Source: Pseudomonas phage HPP-Temi
Sequence record: PP968062.1
Length of the DNA stretch: 64,000 bases
Direction: 5' to 3' (one strand)
Shown here in pieces: positions 1 to 8,640 of the stretch. Within the stretch, counting starts at the first letter, position 1, and each line of letters starts with the position of its first letter. The position numbers and the translations under genes were made by a program. The notes under the pieces were generated by a model. That model was not told the origin of the DNA. It saw only the letters and a program-made list of their open reading frames with translations, and did no database searches.

Positions 1-62
1 CAGACCCGTGTCAAGAAGGTCAGGCTATGTTGGCTAACTATCTCGAAGAACGTAAGACCTAA
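1..62 (+). CDS. 3' end of an upstream plus-strand gene (partial; ...LANYLEERKT stop)
   Basis: Open frame 3 runs from the window edge to TAA at 60-62, followed by hairpin 69-84. Confidence 0.3.
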   Translation, partial: DPCQEGQAMLANYLEERKT

Positions 63-63
63 C

Positions 64-95
64 ATACTGCTCCCTACGGGGAGCTTTATGTCGTC
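64..95 (+). terminator. GC hairpin (gctccc-tacg-gggagc) plus TTTATGTCGTC flank; terminator / putative late-promoter composite 24 nt before the gene at 119
   Basis: Stem-loop 69-84 followed by the tttatgtcgtc motif shared with at least 20 other intergenic sites. Confidence 0.5.
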
Positions 96-118
96 ACAAT
101 CTTATAACACTAATTAAC

Positions 119-1135
119 ATGGAATTCATCATGTTCGGACAAGACGAAAATAATATCTGGTTAGAATACCCTAGTACTGGCTTTGAAGATATCGAAAACG
201 CGCGTAAAGTCGCTAACAGTTTGGATAGCCTGGCATTTAAGGTACGCAGTGCCCCTGTAGCGTCGCTGGAAGCATTTTGTATTGCTTTTAATGCCATCGT
301 AGGCGAAGACTTCAAACCCTCTAGAACGGTCTCTTTGGAGGGCTTTAGTGGGGCTCCGTCTCCTATGCATCATCTGGCTACTCGTATTACCCAACATAGT
401 AACAACATGCACGGAGCAATTAACCTTGCTTTAGAAGATTTCAACAAAGATGCTCTAGCTAAGTTTAAAGAAATCGTTGATGGTTATCGGAAAGCCCGTG
501 CTCAATTGGATCATGTGAAGACAGATCTTGAGCCTACTGATAGCGTCGTTAAGATCAATCACGAGCGCGTCTGGAAACTGTTTAACAAGAATAACAAATT
601 CGTTAAACCCGAATCCATTAAAGAAGATGTGATGGATGTTGGTAAGATCGTAGGTACTATCAAAGATGCAGCTGTTAGACTTAGCTCTGGTCGCCCTGTT
701 CAACTAGATCCCGCTAAGTACGAACTGATGATGAACACTTTCGTTGTGATTAAGGATAACTCCATTACGTTCGAGTCTCCTGAACCTCCGAAACCCAAAG
801 ACGAATACAGTGCTGGTGACATCGCTTGGATCGTTGGTTGGAGTGTCATGTTTAACGTTGTTGGTCTTATCGGTTCTCTGATTTTCAAGAAGAAGACTGC
901 TTCTGAAGCTGATCGGAAACGTGGCGTTAATGAAATGCTTGCTTTCATCAATACGATCAAAGGTTTCGATCGGAGTATCACTGAGATTGAAAGTGCAATC
1001 AAAGCACTACAGCAAACTGAAGAGAACAAAGAGATGTCAGCTATGCTGATCAATAGTGCTATCAAGCTTACCAAACATATCACAGACGTCACTTACGGTG
1101 CTGCTGTGTTGTTCACTAAGATTTCTAAGAGTTAA
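119..1135 (+). CDS. hypothetical protein, 338 aa, one predicted TM helix (IAWIVGWSVMFNVVGLIGSLIF)
   Basis: Long ORF, ATG start, followed by an intrinsic terminator. Confidence 0.6.
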   Translation: MEFIMFGQDENNIWLEYPSTGFEDIENARKVANSLDSLAFKVRSAPVASLEAFCIAFNAIVGEDFKPSRTVSLEGFSGAPSPMHHLATRITQHSNNMHGAINLALEDFNKDALAKFKEIVDGYRKARAQLDHVKTDLEPTDSVVKINHERVWKLFNKNNKFVKPESIKEDVMDVGKIVGTIKDAAVRLSSGRPVQLDPAKYELMMNTFVVIKDNSITFESPEPPKPKDEYSAGDIAWIVGWSVMFNVVGLIGSLIFKKKTASEADRKRGVNEMLAFINTIKGFDRSITEIESAIKALQQTEENKEMSAMLINSAIKLTKHITDVTYGAAVLFTKISKS

Positions 1136-1144
1136 AATATTAAT

Positions 1145-1175
1145 GGCGAGGTTTGGGCCTCGCCTTATTATTTCG
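1145..1175 (+). terminator. rho-independent terminator (ggcgagg...cctcgcc then TTATTATTT)
   Basis: Perfect 7-bp GC stem plus T-run directly after the stop at 1135. Confidence 0.7.
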
Positions 1176-1334
1176 TCATAGACTCTAAAGCAGGAATAAG
1201 GATTAAAGAGGTTTATAATTAGAATAAGGAAATACCTTCGGTATTGTTTATTACTAAATAAAACCCCCCTCCTCCGGAGGTACCTTTTCCTCGCTCTACA
1301 GATTTATTAAACACCCTAGTAAAACTTCTAAATC

Positions 1335-1385
1335 GATAAAAAAAAAATAAACTAAGTAAAGCCCTCTCCACAAGGAAGAGGGCAA
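1335..1385 (-). terminator. rho-independent terminator for gene 1392..1676 (gccctctcc-acaaggaa-gagagggc followed by a U10 run on the minus strand)
   Basis: Hairpin 1361-1383 with a long A-run on plus (U-run on minus), immediately after the stop. Confidence 0.7.
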
Positions 1386-1391
1386 TTGAGG

Positions 1392-1676
1392 TTAAGCTGC
1401 TCTAGTAAACAAAAGATTACTAGAGTTAGATTTAATATGATAGTTCGATGATCCATCAATCCATTTAGCTTCGGAAAGCTCGTTCACAAGTCTCCCATTG
1501 CCAATGTAACCTAGGAACATCTTACCATCGTATACAGCAACTTTGATTTGCTCATTTCGTCCGTAGACTAGTGGCTTACCATTGAATGCTGTTACCTCTA
1601 GACCTGTTAGATATCCACGGTTGGGATCAGGTCTGGACCTTGTTTCAAAGACTTTCATTAGAAGTCTCCTCTGCAA
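1392..1676 (-). CDS. hypothetical protein, 94 aa
   Basis: ORF with flanking terminator; long 5' UTR containing the TATATGTCGTC hairpin motif. Confidence 0.5.
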   Translation of the reverse strand: MQRRLLMKVFETRSRPDPNRGYLTGLEVTAFNGKPLVYGRNEQIKVAVYDGKMFLGYIGNGRLVNELSEAKWIDGSSNYHIKSNSSNLLFTRAA

Positions 1677-1712
1677 GAAAGCCCACTTGGGCGAAAAGTC
1701 AAGCTTAAACTT

Positions 1713-1752
1713 GACGACATATAGCCCTCCTGTGCAACCAGGAGGGCTAATC
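1713..1752 (-). terminator. hairpin (agccctcc...ggagggct) plus TATATGTCGTC on minus; terminator / late-promoter-like composite
   Basis: Same motif family; lies in the 5' leader of gene 1392..1676. Confidence 0.45.
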
Positions 1753-1877
1753 TTTTCAGAACGTACGGTGTTGTTATAATACTGCTAGCGAAAATGCCCA
1801 CGAGGGGTAAGTAGCTAATCCGCAGTTCTCTTGGACGACACCTACTGACAGTGTAGTCGCGAATGCACTGTTTGGAG

Positions 1878-1920
1878 CCCCATTGGTTTAGCGGCCAATG
1901 GGGATTTCCTTTTTATGCCG
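1878..1920 (-). terminator. hairpin (ccccattgg...ccaatgggg) with a GGCATAAAAAG flank on minus; terminator after gene 1931..2350
   Basis: 9-bp stem immediately downstream of the stop at 1931; flank matches the family. Confidence 0.5.
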
Positions 1921-1930
1921 CTTCGGACTT

Positions 1931-2350
1931 CTATTTAATAGGTTTCTTGTACTTCCATTTGTACAGTTGGTGCAGGATGAAACTCAGAACACCTAAAGCC
2001 AGTACACCTGCAATAGCCGTACCGACGATCTCTTGGGGAGTGATTGCATTGAACTCGGTACCGAAAACAACCCGAGTAATGATAATGAGCATCAAACCGA
2101 TCAGAGTGGTGACCCAGAGACGCGGGTGCAAGGAACGACTCAGACGAAGACCTGGAACAGAAACACGTTCCATCCGAGTGGACCAGGTGTGGTTACGGTA
2201 GTACATCATGTCAGTGAAGTAATCACTGTAGATGTGCAGTAGTTCCCCACGCTGATCGCCGGTACCATGAGCCAAGCCATGGTAGTAGTAAATACCACCA
2301 TCTTCTTTGTGGGTGTAAAGTTCAGCGTTGTCTTTGGTATACATCGACAT
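1931..2350 (-). CDS. membrane protein, 139 aa (C-terminal TM helices)
   Basis: ORF; hydrophobic stretches LIGLMLIIITRVVF and IAGVLALGVLSFIL. Confidence 0.55.
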   Translation of the reverse strand: MSMYTKDNAELYTHKEDGGIYYYHGLAHGTGDQRGELLHIYSDYFTDMMYYRNHTWSTRMERVSVPGLRLSRSLHPRLWVTTLIGLMLIIITRVVFGTEFNAITPQEIVGTAIAGVLALGVLSFILHQLYKWKYKKPIK

Positions 2351-2355
2351 TTTTA

Positions 2356-2622
2356 TTACTCCGGCATTCCAGTGTGCACAAGAGAATTGAAACGAACATC
2401 GAACGTGTCGTACATGTCGGCAGTCAGTTCTTCGAAGACTGGACTATCCATGAAGGATTCAAGTGCACGACGAGCCGCAAGACGCTTATCACCTTCACCA
2501 TTAGCTCCGGGATAAACCGAATTACCCTCACCTGGCTTAGCAAAGCCATCAAAAACATGTGACTCACCTTCACGGTCAGTCACAGTTGCTTTAACGGAAT
2601 AGCCTGCGTAACGGAGTCCCAT
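2356..2622 (-). CDS. hypothetical protein, 88 aa
   Basis: ORF in a translationally coupled operon (TAATG overlap at 2622). Confidence 0.5.
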   Translation of the reverse strand: MGLRYAGYSVKATVTDREGESHVFDGFAKPGEGNSVYPGANGEGDKRLAARRALESFMDSPVFEELTADMYDTFDVRFNSLVHTGMPE

Positions 2623-2864
2623 TAGTCATCCCATCCTTTTACTTCGTACCATAGACAGGCACGATTGTATTCAACAATGTAACCGTCTTTACGGAGAATT
2701 TCCGCTTGACGATCATTCATCTTCCCTTCAACAGGCGTGTTCTCGTTGCTGTAATCGAAGTTTACCTCTGAGTCGCCAGCGAGCGCCCGTTGCTTAATTT
2801 TAGCATGGATAGATTCCATACCGGCTTCTTTATAAAGAAGTTCACGCAGTTCTTGTAATGTCAT
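2622..2864 (-). CDS. hypothetical protein, about 80 aa (start moved to the internal ATG that forms an ATGA overlap with the upstream stop)
   Basis: ATGA stop/start overlap at 2861-2864. Confidence 0.4.
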   Translation of the reverse strand: MTLQELRELLYKEAGMESIHAKIKQRALAGDSEVNFDYSNENTPVEGKMNDRQAEILRKDGYIVEYNRACLWYEVKGWDD

Positions 2865-3070
2865 GTAACTACCCCTACAATAAAGACTCGACTGATTTCG
2901 TTGAGATAAGCGAGTACTAGAAGAATACCTGACCAGATAGCGATATTCATTGTAGTACGCTTTTCTTCCAATCCAGGACAAGTGGAATTAACTATTCGAT
3001 GACAGAAAGCACCGAATAGACCAAGTCCCATCGCGACAAAGATGATGGTAAACCAACCAAGATAGATCAT
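2861..3070 (-). CDS. small membrane protein, 69 aa (2 TM)
   Basis: ORF; ATGA coupling at both ends; hydrophobic. Confidence 0.5.
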   Translation of the reverse strand: MIYLGWFTIIFVAMGLGLFGAFCHRIVNSTCPGLEEKRTTMNIAIWSGILLVLAYLNEISRVFIVGVVT

Positions 3071-3621
3071 TGCTGTTGTACCGGTGTCAGTTGTTTGAGA
3101 GCATTGATGATACGGTGAACAGTATCACGTGCCAGTTCTCGGGTATGGAAGTTATTGGATATTTGGTAACGCAGTTCGACTTCCCCAGTTTCAGAGTTAC
3201 GGTCGAAATCTTTTACGATGTATTCACTATCCAGAATAGCTTCCACCATTTCTTTGTTGAGGTCGAACTCAGCGATAGTTGGTGAAACCAAACGACCCTG
3301 GAGATTTCTGATTACCTCATTGCGGAATGCAATGGCGCCTTCGGCAATCTCCAGTCGCTCTTCGATGGCGATAAACGGATTCTTCCAGAGTTCGGTTTCC
3401 ATGGTAGGACGAACAGAGGCTTTCTCCCATGCAATGCACCAGTAGTACCAACGTTCTTGGATTTCTTCGTTGGCTTTATCGAATGCAGCTATCGCGTTTT
3501 TATTACGATGGCAATCCAGAGGACGAGTATCCTTCGGAAGCCAGGTGTCAGTCTTCTCGTGGTAAACGAAACGATCAACACCGGGAGTTACGGCTTGGAA
3601 TTCCTTCAATTTTTTATCCAT
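3067..3621 (-). CDS. hypothetical protein, 184 aa
   Basis: ORF; first gene of the coupled operon 3621 to 2356. Confidence 0.6.
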   Translation of the reverse strand: MDKKLKEFQAVTPGVDRFVYHEKTDTWLPKDTRPLDCHRNKNAIAAFDKANEEIQERWYYWCIAWEKASVRPTMETELWKNPFIAIEERLEIAEGAIAFRNEVIRNLQGRLVSPTIAEFDLNKEMVEAILDSEYIVKDFDRNSETGEVELRYQISNNFHTRELARDTVHRIINALKQLTPVQQQ

Positions 3622-3747
3622 GTGAAATAATACCTATTGGTTGATAGTATGTAAGAAGATTACGCGTTATTTCTTATTCCTACTGCTGGGTGTTTGCCCG
3701 AAACGCGCAATGCTTGAGACGAACTCTTGGGCGAAAAGAGATGGTAT

Positions 3748-3786
3748 TTAGCCCCTACCTTCGGGTAGGGGCTTTATGCCGTTAAC
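3748..3786 (-). terminator. hairpin (gcccctacc-ttcg-ggtaggggc) with CATAAAG / CTTTATGCCGTT flanks
   Basis: Immediately after the stop of gene 3782..4066 (the stop lies inside the flank); family member. Confidence 0.55.
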
Positions 3787-4066
3787 CGACAATAAGACCC
3801 TCAAGCATTAGGGTTTCGGTGTCGGACGCAGGTTGAGTCAGACGAGTTACACGAATGTAGTTCGTCCAGTCACTCCTGTCATAACAACAGCTGCAACCAC
3901 GGACCTTGATGTTGACAGCTTCGATTTCGAAATCATCGAGCTTGATTTCTTTACCGAAGTGATCGACCATGCGTTGGAACAACTTACCGAAGGAGAACGT
4001 TTCGTACTCGCAATCGATGTGGAGGACATCGACAGTGTCCACCGGGGGATTGTAACTACTGCTCAT
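3782..4066 (-). CDS. hypothetical protein, 94 aa (start at the internal ATG with a strong SD, TAAGGAGATGGCTAATG)
   Basis: ORF; excellent RBS; overlaps the upstream stop by TAATGA. Confidence 0.5.
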   Translation of the reverse strand: MSSSYNPPVDTVDVLHIDCEYETFSFGKLFQRMVDHFGKEIKLDDFEIEAVNIKVRGCSCCYDRSDWTNYIRVTRLTQPASDTETLMLEGLIVG

Positions 4067-4394
4067 TAGCCATCTCCTTACGTTTGTTTTTGGCCCAGTT
4101 CTTTTCATACTTCGAACTGATGAATTTCGCAGCGCCTGCGTTCAGCCAGTAGCGTTCGCCTTTGAGATAGCGTTCACGTTTGGCACGGGTCAGGCGAAGA
4201 GGGTCGAACATGTCCTGCTGGTCACACATGTATCGATTCCGCAGGAAGCAGTTGTCGTTCAGAATGCGAACGCTGTACAACTGACCGAGTCGGCAATTCG
4301 CAAGAATTGCTTTCTCAGTACGCAGACGACGTTCGTATTCCTGGGCATCTGCTTTACGAGAACGAGGATGCTTTCTTCCGAGTTTCTGAGACAT
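4056..4394 (-). CDS. basic (K/R-rich) small protein, 112 aa
   Basis: ORF. Confidence 0.5.
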   Translation of the reverse strand: MSQKLGRKHPRSRKADAQEYERRLRTEKAILANCRLGQLYSVRILNDNCFLRNRYMCDQQDMFDPLRLTRAKRERYLKGERYWLNAGAAKFISSKYEKNWAKNKRKEMANEQ

Positions 4395-4405
4395 TGTGGT
4401 TTTTC

Positions 4406-4711
4406 CTATTCCGTTGGTTTACGAAAAATCTTATCATGGAAAGTCATCGCTAACACGACACCTACGGAGCCACCTAGTCCACTGGATATAATAGCGGGAA
4501 GACCCACTATTACAAATAGACCAATGGTGGTTAGCTCAAGGGTACTGATACCCCACGAGGTGAAGAAAGCTGCTTTTTTGTATCCATGAAAGATGTTTCT
4601 TTGTTGAAAGGTTTTTACAAAGGCGTAGATGAACGACGTGGCCGTACTTAACAGTAGTAATACCCAGACAGGTAGATCATGATTAATGTTAATCACTTCT
4701 CTTGTTCCCAC
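4406..4711 (-). CDS. membrane protein, 101 aa (about 3 TM)
   Basis: ORF; hydrophobic. Confidence 0.5.
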   Translation of the reverse strand: MGTREVININHDLPVWVLLLLSTATSFIYAFVKTFQQRNIFHGYKKAAFFTSWGISTLELTTIGLFVIVGLPAIISSGLGGSVGVVLAMTFHDKIFRKPTE

Positions 4712-5721
4712 TTGGTAGGTTCACGTTTACTACGTTGGACTTTATGGATACCTTCCAATTGGTAACCACGGCCAGTTGCTTTGTAGCTGTGTTCCTGATC
4801 CACACGTGCATGGAAAGCCAGGAGGGCTTCGATCGGAGCTTCCACCGGGAAGTACTCGGTGTTGTTGCAGTCCCAACCGAATTCCCACACACCTTCGCGA
4901 ACTTCGTAGCTGTTATCGGTGAGGTAGGTGATGTTGATCGTGTGTGTAGTAGCATTGGCACCGTTGAAGAAAAACGAACCTTCGGTAGCACGAACATCAA
5001 TGCGACCATCATCGATGGTATCCTGATAGTAGAAGCCACGCTTGAAGAAGAACTGAAGCATTGCATTGAAGTAACTGTTCAATACAGCCACTGCGTTAGC
5101 ATCTTCGACTACCCATTTACCATCAACAATCTTGTTCAGATAGTCGCGGTCATGTTGGATACCGAAGTCATTCACGATATCGGCATACAGCTTGTGGTGT
5201 TGAGCAACTTCATACAGACGCTCCAGGGTAGCCCAACGGAGCACACCAGTGGGATGGAGACCCAGCATGATGCGACCGATGTTCCACATGCCAGCACCGT
5301 TGGCTTTGTAGCTCTCGTCCAGGTAGCCTTTGACTTGGGCACCGGGAGAGAGTTCGTCAGCCGGGAAACCAGATGCAGTACGAATGCGGATAACGTTCAG
5401 TACCGCTTCGGGTTCTTTCATGTCCAGCAGGTCAACGCCGAAGGTAGTCCAGCTACCACGGATCTTGTGCTGATACGCAACGCGAACGGTCCCACCGAAC
5501 GGAGTAACGAACCAACGGGCGTCTTCATTGATGACCATGTGGACACCACAGTTCCACAGCGCAGCCAGAGGATCAGTGGATGCCAGGATACGCTTGGTAT
5601 CGTTCTCTTCGCTTTCGGTAGCTTCAGGGCTGGCGCGGAGATGAGTCAAGAGGAACAGGATGGCGGAGTCGTTGGTTTGGGTATTGAGCATTGCACGAGT
5701 CAGGGATGCATTGATGATCAT
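4693..5721 (-). CDS. hypothetical protein, 342 aa
   Basis: Long ORF; no motif recognised. Confidence 0.65.
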   Translation of the reverse strand: MIINASLTRAMLNTQTNDSAILFLLTHLRASPEATESEENDTKRILASTDPLAALWNCGVHMVINEDARWFVTPFGGTVRVAYQHKIRGSWTTFGVDLLDMKEPEAVLNVIRIRTASGFPADELSPGAQVKGYLDESYKANGAGMWNIGRIMLGLHPTGVLRWATLERLYEVAQHHKLYADIVNDFGIQHDRDYLNKIVDGKWVVEDANAVAVLNSYFNAMLQFFFKRGFYYQDTIDDGRIDVRATEGSFFFNGANATTHTINITYLTDNSYEVREGVWEFGWDCNNTEYFPVEAPIEALLAFHARVDQEHSYKATGRGYQLEGIHKVQRSKREPTKWEQEK

Positions 5722-5736
5722 TTCGTAATTTCCTTT

Positions 5737-5937
5737 TTACAGAGTGTTGAGGGTGATGAAGGTATACTGTCCCAGGGCGAAAGCACCGAAGAGGCAGAAT
5801 CCGAATTGGGCTATATCCCGACCACCATTTTTCTCATTGGAACTGAGATAGGTGAGGACCCCGCAGCAGAAGCAGAGGATACCAAGGATGACGAACAGGG
5901 CATAATGGAAAATTCCTACAGTTTCACACATTTTCAA
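5737..5937 (-). CDS. small membrane protein, 66 aa
   Basis: ORF; 2 TM; RBS aaaggaaa. Confidence 0.5.
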   Translation of the reverse strand: MKMCETVGIFHYALFVILGILCFCCGVLTYLSSNEKNGGRDIAQFGFCLFGAFALGQYTFITLNTL

Positions 5938-5964
5938 TTTCCTTTTTGCGTTATAAAAGAGACA

Positions 5965-6003
5965 CGGTATAAAAATAAAAAAGGGGACCCGAAGGTCCCC
6001 TGG
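5965..6003 (-). terminator. rho-independent terminator (ggggacc-cgaa-ggtcccc plus a U-run on minus)
   Basis: Hairpin followed by TTTTTTTATTTTTAT on minus, directly after the stop of gene 6006..6638. Confidence 0.7.
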
Positions 6004-6005
6004 TG

Positions 6006-6638
6006 TTACGCGGCTACCTGAGTGTAGGCCAAAGCATTACACTTCGGCTTACTCGGAGAGACCTCACTGAAGAACATCACGCGATCGTTGATGTACTCGC
6101 GGGCCAGTTCTTCAGATTCGAAGAACATACCCATGGACAGTTTATCTTTCGCATCTTCCATTGCAACCGGCGTACCACGTGCTTCGATCACCACAGACCA
6201 GACACGACCACCGGTATCCATTACGGTTACCAGATGGAAGAAGATCTTGGTCGGATTAGGTAGAGCAGCGGTAGCGGGTTTGGACCACTCCGTTACAGTA
6301 CCCAGGGCCTGGACGGTCATGTCAGCAGTATTGCGCTGATGCATCCAACCTTCCACAGTCGGTACACCGTTTTTCAGGACGATGATATCATACCAGCTCG
6401 CGTTGTTACGTACGACACATCGTTCGTATTTACCACCGGCATTGACGTTACCCATGATCAACACATCGTGAAGCGGAACTTCGATGTGAGTGATCTTGGA
6501 GGTGTAATCAGGAATCAGACGATCATCGACTTTCACCCAGTTAGCTGCACGAGGATGCGCCAGTGTAGCACGAACAACGCCTTTGACAGCTTGTTCTTTG
6601 AGAGCAGCCATTACCAGAACTGCTTGAACGACGTCCAT
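6006..6638 (-). CDS. hypothetical protein, 210 aa
   Basis: ORF; perfect SD, TAAGGAGTAATTATG. Confidence 0.6.
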   Translation of the reverse strand: MDVVQAVLVMAALKEQAVKGVVRATLAHPRAANWVKVDDRLIPDYTSKITHIEVPLHDVLIMGNVNAGGKYERCVVRNNASWYDIIVLKNGVPTVEGWMHQRNTADMTVQALGTVTEWSKPATAALPNPTKIFFHLVTVMDTGGRVWSVVIEARGTPVAMEDAKDKLSMGMFFESEELAREYINDRVMFFSEVSPSKPKCNALAYTQVAA

Positions 6639-6647
6639 AATTACTCC

Positions 6648-6787
6648 TTAATGCATGTTTTCTATTTTGACAATATCCCACTGTGACAATTCAGTGTCAC
6701 GGTAGAACATTTGAAGTGCATCATCGATTCCCATTTGAGAGGGAGCCTCCCAGACGGTACCATTGTAACACGTGATTTTCCAGAGCA
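6648..6787 (-). CDS. small protein, about 46 aa (MLWKITCYNGTVWEAPSQMGIDDALQMFYRDTELSQWDIVKIENMH), not in the ORF track
   Basis: Hand-translated; GGAG 7 nt upstream; its stop overlaps the SD of the next gene. Confidence 0.35.
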
Positions 6788-6822
6788 TGACTACTCCATG
6801 TTAAAAGTTCTTAGGGGGCGAA

Positions 6823-8004
6823 TTATTTGATAACAACCGCTTCCGAGAGAGTTTCCATACTACCGATAACCAGTTTGGATTTCTCTTCATCGGGTTCTTC
6901 CATTGCTTCACGCAGGAGTTCACCGATAGTTTTGGGTTGAACGTCATCGCTGATTTCACGAGAACATGCCGAGTCTTCGAACATGTCGGTCATCCCGAAG
7001 TCGTCATCAAAACCAGAGTCGTAGTACGAGTCTTCCATGGAGTAACTCGATTCATCGGAAGAGTCCGAAGACTCACCGTACATCTCGTCGAAGTCATGTT
7101 CCATTTCTTTCTCGTACATCTCGCTCATCGCTTTGTTATCTTCTTCCTGTGCTTTACGACGAGAAGTCTTGTAGAACGGCAGCAGGCGTTGCAGGACTTT
7201 ATGGAACTTCTTCTTGTTGATCAACCAGCTACTGGAATAACGAGACAGTTTTACTTCAGCTGCCTTGATAGTCGGATCAGCATACATCGCTGCTATCAAT
7301 TTCTCCAGATCGTACAGATGATCCTTCGAAGGGTTGGTATACGCGGGATGCTCTTGGAGAGCGAACATCACGAACGTACGCATGTCAGTGATGAAGTACT
7401 GGTTGTGGTGCTTGTTGATCTCGACGTAGACCGGATCGGTATGACGATGGTAGTCGAACTCTTCAGCCCATGTCAGGTTGCGAACCTTAGTGGGACGAGG
7501 ACCTTCTACCCAACGAACAGTCGGATGTTTCTCACGGATGTTCCAACCATGCATGCGGTCGTATTCAGTCGGTTCTTCTTTGAACCAGGTGAAGTTACCT
7601 TCGCCACGTTCGAGGATCTTTTTACACCAGCTAATGTTGATGCTGTACTTGCGTCCTTCGATCAAGTTGCAGGGTTTATCCAGAACAGCGACATAGCTGT
7701 CATGACCATTGGCCACGATACCAAGAACGGTAGCTTCGAAGGTTTCATAACGCTGACCGGGATACACGCGTTCATTTTCGTCCAGGAAACGGAGAGAACA
7801 GGACTCGAAGATTGCACGGGTACCAGCAGGGAAATGAGCGCGGCCGAAGGGGCTCTCGGCTTTACGTTCCTTGCGACGTTCGATAACCCATTCCAGTTTT
7901 TCTTTGGTCAGACGGGTGGTGGGTTCGCGATATTGTTTCATGGTAATTTCCTTTTTACATTTGGGTTTAGTTGAGTACATCTCAATGCATCCTTTCCAAG
8001 ACAC
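6823..8004 (-). CDS. hypothetical protein, about 385-393 aa, with a D/E/S/Y-rich acidic C-terminal tail
   Basis: Long ORF; start probably ATG at about 7980. Confidence 0.6.
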   Translation of the reverse strand: MSWKGCIEMYSTKPKCKKEITMKQYREPTTRLTKEKLEWVIERRKERKAESPFGRAHFPAGTRAIFESCSLRFLDENERVYPGQRYETFEATVLGIVANGHDSYVAVLDKPCNLIEGRKYSINISWCKKILERGEGNFTWFKEEPTEYDRMHGWNIREKHPTVRWVEGPRPTKVRNLTWAEEFDYHRHTDPVYVEINKHHNQYFITDMRTFVMFALQEHPAYTNPSKDHLYDLEKLIAAMYADPTIKAAEVKLSRYSSSWLINKKKFHKVLQRLLPFYKTSRRKAQEEDNKAMSEMYEKEMEHDFDEMYGESSDSSDESSYSMEDSYYDSGFDDDFGMTDMFEDSACSREISDDVQPKTIGELLREAMEEPDEEKSKLVIGSMETLSEAVVIK

Positions 8005-8009
8005 ATTGA

Positions 8010-8036
8010 GATGGGGTCTCCGAAGAGACCCATCTA
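8010..8036 (-). terminator. hairpin (gatggggtctc-cgaa-gagacccatc) between co-directional genes
   Basis: 11-bp stem right after the stop at 8037. Confidence 0.55.
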
Positions 8037-8639
8037 TTATTCCTGGGTCAGTTCCCCAAGACGACCTTCAGCTTTCATACGGCGGATCTCCGAAATGGAC
8101 TTACCGTATTTTGCAGCCAGTTCCTTTACGGTGCCTTCAGGGGCAGGTTTACTCATGTTGCGAAAGTTTTGCTTGGCGATGTTGTAGTTTTGAGCCTGAA
8201 GAGTTCTCAGCTCAGAACGAACCAAAGCATTGCCAATGCACTGAGAGGTGAAAGTGACCATGAAAGACTTCAGCTTATCACGGTACGTATTGACCCATGC
8301 ACAGGATTCATCCACGTGCGTGCACATGTACTCGGCGGCTTTGGCATATTCCAACAAGCCGACTGCATCTGGTCCAACATCCTGGTAAACCATTTTGTTG
8401 AAAAGGCCCAGTGCGATATCAGATGCACGTTCAGCTGTAATGAAATCGATTGCATCATTAATGATCAACGTTTCCAGATCTTTGAACTTAACCGCATCGT
8501 TTTTGATCAACGCCAGCATAGCGTCAACCTTTACGGTCAACATCATGTCTTCATTACGACGATTGACCAGTTCATTGGTCTGCTCTTGGGTGAACACATG
8601 GTCCACGTTTTGGAAGACTTTCGACAGACGACTATCCAT
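8037..8639 (-). CDS. hypothetical protein, 200 aa, with a C-terminal helix-turn-helix resembling sigma-70 region 4 (TVKELAAKYGKSISEIRRMKAEGRL)
   Basis: ORF; the C-terminal motif matches the T-x-x-E-L-A-x-x-x-G-x-S-x-x-x-I-R pattern of sigma region 4.2. Confidence 0.5.
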   Translation of the reverse strand: MDSRLSKVFQNVDHVFTQEQTNELVNRRNEDMMLTVKVDAMLALIKNDAVKFKDLETLIINDAIDFITAERASDIALGLFNKMVYQDVGPDAVGLLEYAKAAEYMCTHVDESCAWVNTYRDKLKSFMVTFTSQCIGNALVRSELRTLQAQNYNIAKQNFRNMSKPAPEGTVKELAAKYGKSISEIRRMKAEGRLGELTQE

Positions 8640-8640
8640 T

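Noticed and set aside
1582-2201. Plus-strand ORFs 1582..1779 and 1863..2201 in or around the long leader region.
   Set aside because: They overlap minus-strand genes and terminator hairpins, have no RBS, and are probably non-coding.
4693-5721. Considered a thymidylate synthase (ThyX)-like call for the 342-aa protein.
   Set aside because: The RHRxxxxxS signature is absent; no motif support.
4702-6021. Long plus-strand ORF (439 aa) antisense to genes 4693..5721 and 5737..5937.
   Set aside because: It is a shadow ORF. It lies on the opposite strand of well-supported genes that have RBSs and terminators, and it has low-complexity composition.
6937-7974. Plus-strand 345-aa ORF antisense to gene 6823..8004.
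   Set aside because: Shadow frame of the minus-strand gene; no independent signals.
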